From Prochlorococcus sp. MIT 0801 (GTDB lineage: Bacteria > Cyanobacteriota > Cyanobacteriia > PCC-6307 > Cyanobiaceae): a stretch of DNA of 32,000 bases. The notes below the pieces were generated by a model. That model was not told the origin of the DNA and did no database searches. It saw only the letters and a program-made list of their open reading frames with translations. The position numbers were made by a program, and so were the translations under genes. Numbering within the stretch: position 1 is the first letter of the stretch; the number at the start of each line of letters is the position of its first letter. Location: positions 1,440,001 through 1,472,000 of the forward strand of contig NZ_CP007754.1 in the NCBI RefSeq assembly GCF_000757865.1. Direction: 5' to 3'. Below are positions 28,559 to 32,000 of the stretch, one piece after another.

Positions 28559-28771
28559 ATGAATAAAAAAACATTAGTTGGTGTTTCATATGTATCTGCT
28601 TGGGTGATTATTTGGGGCACAATTGGATCACTTATTGATTTTTATTTCCTTCAAAATACATATCTTCCAGGTTCATTAGGGCAGTTTGCAACATTTATAA
28701 TTACAGCCTTTCTCTCTTCAATGATTGCCATATATTTTTTCCCGACTATAAATAATAAATTCATAAGTTAA
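28559..28771 (+). CDS. Hypothetical small membrane protein (2 TM)
   Basis: Two clear hydrophobic helices (VSYVSAWVIIWGTIGSLI and FATFIITAFLSSMIAIYFF). It is co-oriented with hli and 55 nt downstream of it. I recognise no family. Confidence 0.5.
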   Translation: MNKKTLVGVSYVSAWVIIWGTIGSLIDFYFLQNTYLPGSLGQFATFIITAFLSSMIAIYFFPTINNKFIS

Positions 28772-29007
28772 TAACGATAACGTTCAACTACTTGAGCAGG
28801 CTTCTCATTGATTCCTTTCTGATAAAGAATCCATTGATTAGTTTCTAGATCGTGATCACAACCCAAGCCTTCTAGTTCAACAGATTGCAATCGTAATTCA
28901 TAATGACATTGCTGATCAGCTTCAAAAGCGGATTTATAGCCAGTAAAAAAATATAAATATCCAAGAATTATTGCAATTAAAGAAATTAACGCAATACTTA
29001 TTTTCAT
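28768..29007 (-). CDS. Hypothetical small protein with N-terminal signal/anchor helix and two Cys
   Basis: MKISIALISLIAIILGYLYFF is followed by a 55-aa polar domain with 2 Cys. The stop codon overlaps the stop of the convergent ORF (TTAA). Confidence 0.5.
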   Translation of the reverse strand: MKISIALISLIAIILGYLYFFTGYKSAFEADQQCHYELRLQSVELEGLGCDHDLETNQWILYQKGINEKPAQVVERYRY

Positions 29008-29064
29008 AAAAGCTAATCAATCATTAATGATATATTAGCTTTTCTCGTAGATAAAAAAAAGAAT

Positions 29065-29253
29065 TTATAATTTTTTCTCTTTTACTGTTTCTGAAGATAT
29101 CTCACATTCAGTTAAGTCTTGATCATTTAAACGATCCAATATCCGAACCATATCGAGTGCTGAAAGCTCTCCATTAGTTCCCCATTTAAGAGTTGTCTTT
29201 CGCTGTTGAGGGATCTTTTTCGCGTTGTTCTCCTGGCTTCTTTTTTGGACCAT
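29065..29253 (-). CDS. Hypothetical small soluble protein (62 aa)
   Basis: The only support is the ORF itself, co-orientation with its neighbours and a plausible basic N-terminus. No motif recognised. Confidence 0.35.
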   Translation of the reverse strand: MVQKRSQENNAKKIPQQRKTTLKWGTNGELSALDMVRILDRLNDQDLTECEISSETVKEKKL

Positions 29254-29426
29254 TACTAGTAAATTTATCTAATAAAACATTAAAATATAGAGATTCTATC
29301 GAAGAACTCAAAAACAAATTCTTAGTCAAACTTTACTTTTATTTTTTATTAGTAATATTTTCCTATTTTTAGAAATTTCACTGAATTGTTCCTAATTATT
29401 CAAATATTAGGTTTATTAAACCGCTA

Positions 29427-29699
29427 TCATCGTCCAAAATTATAAACAAACTCTTGAAATGCAGGATTGTAAAAGTAAACAAGTACACTAATAACTAATA
29501 AGACATTTAAACCTATTACTATCGAGCCAATAATAACTCTCTGGCGCTTCCCTGGGACTTTATATTTCATGCCAGCTGGCAGGTTAACTAATACATCTGG
29601 ATCATTAGAAGTTGATTTCTTAAACTTATTTTCCTTAACCTTATTGGTCTTAGTTGCCTTATCATTAGTTTTTTTGGAATTAAAAGCTTTGGAGCCCAT
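29427..29699 (-). CDS. Hypothetical tail-anchored-like membrane protein (Lys-rich N-terminus, one C-terminal TM)
   Basis: The N-terminal 35 aa are strongly basic (KKTNDKATKTNKVKENKFKK), and there is a single TM helix (VIIGSIVIGLNVLLVISVLVYF). No family recognised. Confidence 0.5.
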   Translation of the reverse strand: MGSKAFNSKKTNDKATKTNKVKENKFKKSTSNDPDVLVNLPAGMKYKVPGKRQRVIIGSIVIGLNVLLVISVLVYFYNPAFQEFVYNFGR

Positions 29700-29846
29700 T
29701 TTCTTAGTTAGAAGAATTTCTTTATCTTTATAGTTCTAAGCTTACTTAGGTAAATCAAATAAAAACATGTTTTGTTCTAGTTTTTCACATTAGTTTGTTA
29801 ACTAAGTCAGAAATCAATAATCAAGTGAAGAATTTATTGATTTTAT

Positions 29847-30224
29847 TTAGCAATATTTCTTGATAGAATCAATAATACTTTTAGCTTCTTTTCTTTTGAA
29901 ATTAGAATTCATAGCCATTATTAAATTCGCCTCTAAGCCCAGTAATCTAGTTTGACAAGAAAACTTTTTATTTTTTGCAGCACTTTTTTGATAGTCATTT
30001 ATTTTAAATAATGCTTCCTTGCATGATTTAATTTCTTTATAACAGCTCAATACCAAAAAATCAATTTCCCGATATTCTTTCGATTCTTTTGCTATCAATG
30101 GATTTAAAGGAATAAATATATATATATAAAGAAGCAGTACGAATTTAATTTTTTTAAATGTATAACTAATCAAAACATAATCTCCAATAAAATGTGTTGA
30201 TAATTGTTTGAGTATTACTAACAA
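29847..30224 (-). CDS. Hypothetical small secreted Cys-containing protein
   Basis: The track start at 30224 is TTG. An in-frame TTG at 30173 would give a cleaner signal peptide (MISYTFKKIKFVLLLYIYIFIPLNPLIA|KE). The mature part has 4 Cys. No family recognised. Confidence 0.45.
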   Translation of the reverse strand: MLVILKQLSTHFIGDYVLISYTFKKIKFVLLLYIYIFIPLNPLIAKESKEYREIDFLVLSCYKEIKSCKEALFKINDYQKSAAKNKKFSCQTRLLGLEANLIMAMNSNFKRKEAKSIIDSIKKYC

Positions 30225-30281
30225 TACCTGAGTGAATAAAAAGAAAGCTTATTTTATTAGTCATACAAAGCTTAGATTTTC

Positions 30282-30313
30282 ACAAAAAAGGGACCCATTT
30301 TTAAAGAGTCCCT
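30282..30313 (-). terminator. Candidate intrinsic terminator of hup
   Basis: On the minus strand, AGGGAC-(13 nt)-GUCCCU is followed directly by UUUUUUG, about 46 nt after the hup stop. The stem is only 6 bp. Confidence 0.45.
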
Positions 30314-30358
30314 AATAAAAAAGCAAAAGGTAAGTAAGCAAAACAGCTTTTTAAAAAC

Positions 30359-30634
30359 TCATCCCTGAACACGGTCCTTAAACAATTTCCCAGCTGTAAA
30401 GGCAGGGACTCGCTTAGCAGGTATTGCTATCTTTTCTCCAGTTTTAGGGTTTAGTCCCTGACGAGCAGAACGATCGCGGGGCTCAAACGAGCCAAACCCC
30501 AGAATGGAGACTTTCTTACCCTCCACTACAGAATCAATAATTGTATCTATGGCGGCATCAACTACCAGAGAGACGTCTGTTTTAGTTAGCTCTGTACGAG
30601 CAGCAACCAGGTTGACTAAATCTGCTTTGTTCAT
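30359..30634 (-). CDS. hup: HU-type DNA-binding protein
   Basis: MNKADLVNLVA..., GFGSFEPRDRSARQGLNPKTGEKIAIPAKRVPAFTAGK is the canonical HU/IHF arm sequence. Confidence 0.95.
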   Translation of the reverse strand: MNKADLVNLVAARTELTKTDVSLVVDAAIDTIIDSVVEGKKVSILGFGSFEPRDRSARQGLNPKTGEKIAIPAKRVPAFTAGKLFKDRVQG

Positions 30635-30678
30635 TGGAAGGATTGTATGTAGCAGGGAGTAAGAGGAGGGAAACCAAT

Positions 30679-30801
30679 ATGGAATTAGTTTCCAAAAAAC
30701 TCAATCTTGCTAATCGTATGGACCAAATCACTTACCTGCAACCCAAAGGGCTTGTGACAGTAAGCTTTCTAAAAAATATATCTGCATTTTTGTTTCATTA
30801 A
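30679..30801 (+). CDS. Candidate 40-codon ORF with a strong Shine-Dalgarno sequence (speculative)
   Basis: GGAGG at 30665-30669 lies 9 nt before the ATG at 30679. The ORF reads MELVSKKLNLANRMDQITYLQPKGLVTVSFLKNISAFLFH. No homology recognised. The purine-rich block could equally belong to the hup promoter or leader. Confidence 0.2.
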   Translation: MELVSKKLNLANRMDQITYLQPKGLVTVSFLKNISAFLFH

Positions 30802-31367
30802 ATAATCTTTCAAAGATTCGAACTAGATAGCTTAAGAAAGATGCAAGTTTTCTATTTCCCTCCAGAAGCTTGTCAGGGAAAGACTTCTTGAATAATGTAT
30901 TTCCACATTGATTCTGAAGAAGATCTCTGAAGTGTGAAATTAATTATTTTTCTTACCACAAATCAGACATTTCATTAAATTCTCATGAATTAACAAAGGT
31001 CTGCAGAACAGCACATTTATTGGTATTACAAAATAATACCTACTCTAAAAAAGAGAATAATAAATGAAAATTCAGATTATTTTCTAGCTCTAGGACATCC
31101 ATTTTGAAGCGTTAATCCCTAAAAGCTCTAAAATTTTGATTTTCAATTCGAGTAAGAATCTCTTTGAACTCCGTTAAAAAACCATATTGCATCAAACTAA
31201 CGAAGTTCTCTCGCCAAAACTATTTAGTATTCATTTTTAAAAGCATCAAATGCCTAATACAAGTTTCTTTTAAGATTGAATTTCGTTTTTTATAACTTGT
31301 TAAAACAAACTAACCACCTAACTTGTAGGGAAAGTTACTTGATTATTTTTGTAAAGGACAAACACAA

Positions 31368-32000
31368 TTGGGAAAAGTAAAAGTTGGTTCAGCATGGCCT
31401 TTGGGTAGCTCAGTTACTCTTGACGGGGTTAATTTCTCTATCGCAGCACCACATGCAACAAATTTAGAGTTATTAATCTTCCAGAATGAAGATGACGAGT
31501 ATGCAAAAGAGACAATATCCTTAGATCACAAAAACAGGTCTGGAGATTATTGGCACGTTGAAATAGAGGGCCTAACTGAAGGAACGTTATATGGATATAA
31601 AGTATCAATTGATGGGCAAAAAGCTGCCGAGGATCATATTGTTTTAGATCCATGTGCCAGAGCAATTTCAGGGTGGGGGAATTACATAAGGAATCATAAA
31701 GAAAAAGTGAATAGAGGTTATGCTAATTGCCTGAAAGGAGTAGTAACTAAAAGAGATTATTTTGATTTCAAATCTCACCCTAGGCCTAAACATTCATGGA
31801 ATAAAACTATCATTTATGAATTACATGTTGGTGGATTTACGAAAAGTATTGATTCAAACACTAGTGAAAACAAAAAAGGTACATTTTTAGGTTTAATTGA
31901 AAAGATACCTTATCTTAAAAGTCTTGGCATTACAAGTATTGAATTGCTTCCGGTATTCGCTTTTGATTCTAATGATGCCCCTGACGGACTTGTTAACTAT
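31368..32000 (+). CDS. glgX: Glycogen debranching enzyme (isoamylase-type, GH13), partial (continues past right edge)
   Basis: This gene is absent from the ORF track because it is truncated by the window edge. Hand translation gives ..[95 protein letters not shown]... TTG at 31368 is the only in-frame canonical start after the stop at 31326. Confidence 0.85.
   Translation, partial: MGKVKVGSAWPLGSSVTLDGVNFSIAAPHATNLELLIFQNEDDEYAKETISLDHKNRSGDYWHVEIEGLTEGTLYGYKVSIDGQKAAEDHIVLDPCARAISGWGNYIRNHKEKVNRGYANCLKGVVTKRDYFDFKSHPRPKHSWNKTIIYELHVGGFTKSIDSNTSENKKGTFLGLIEKIPYLKSLGITSIELLPVFAFDSNDAPDGLVNY

Overview
This is an AT-rich, very tightly packed chromosomal segment that reads as core genome of a marine picocyanobacterium, Prochlorococcus-like. 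That assignment is inferred from gene content and composition, not from a database search. Supporting content includes nickel superoxide dismutase with its dedicated maturation peptidase, a high-light-inducible protein, a ClpR/ClpP pair and a ddl-ftsQ-ftsZ block. I can support about 37 protein genes, of which two run off the window edges and are missing from the ORF track: lnt on the left and glgX on the right. I also support two tRNAs, Leu-CAA and His-GUG, and a signal-recognition-particle RNA on the minus strand between ftsZ and panB. I found no rRNA, CRISPR array, transposase or integrase, and no recognisable defence or toxin genes. From 1 to about 27.1 kb the window is ordinary housekeeping genome with extreme compaction, including 4-nt start/stop overlaps and 2-nt intergenic gaps. 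The part that deserves a second look is 27.2-31.4 kb. It holds a stand-alone NdhF/NuoL N-terminal fragment gene. Next comes a 465-bp AT-rich divergent spacer with a perfect 43-bp palindrome upstream of an unusually long hli gene. After that is a run of five small membrane or secreted ORFs of unknown function. Last is a 733-bp stretch between hup and glgX with no ORF long enough to appear in the supplied track, containing a Shine-Dalgarno-preceded 40-codon ORF. I do not see a clear multi-gene novel system, and the candidates below are modest and flagged as such.
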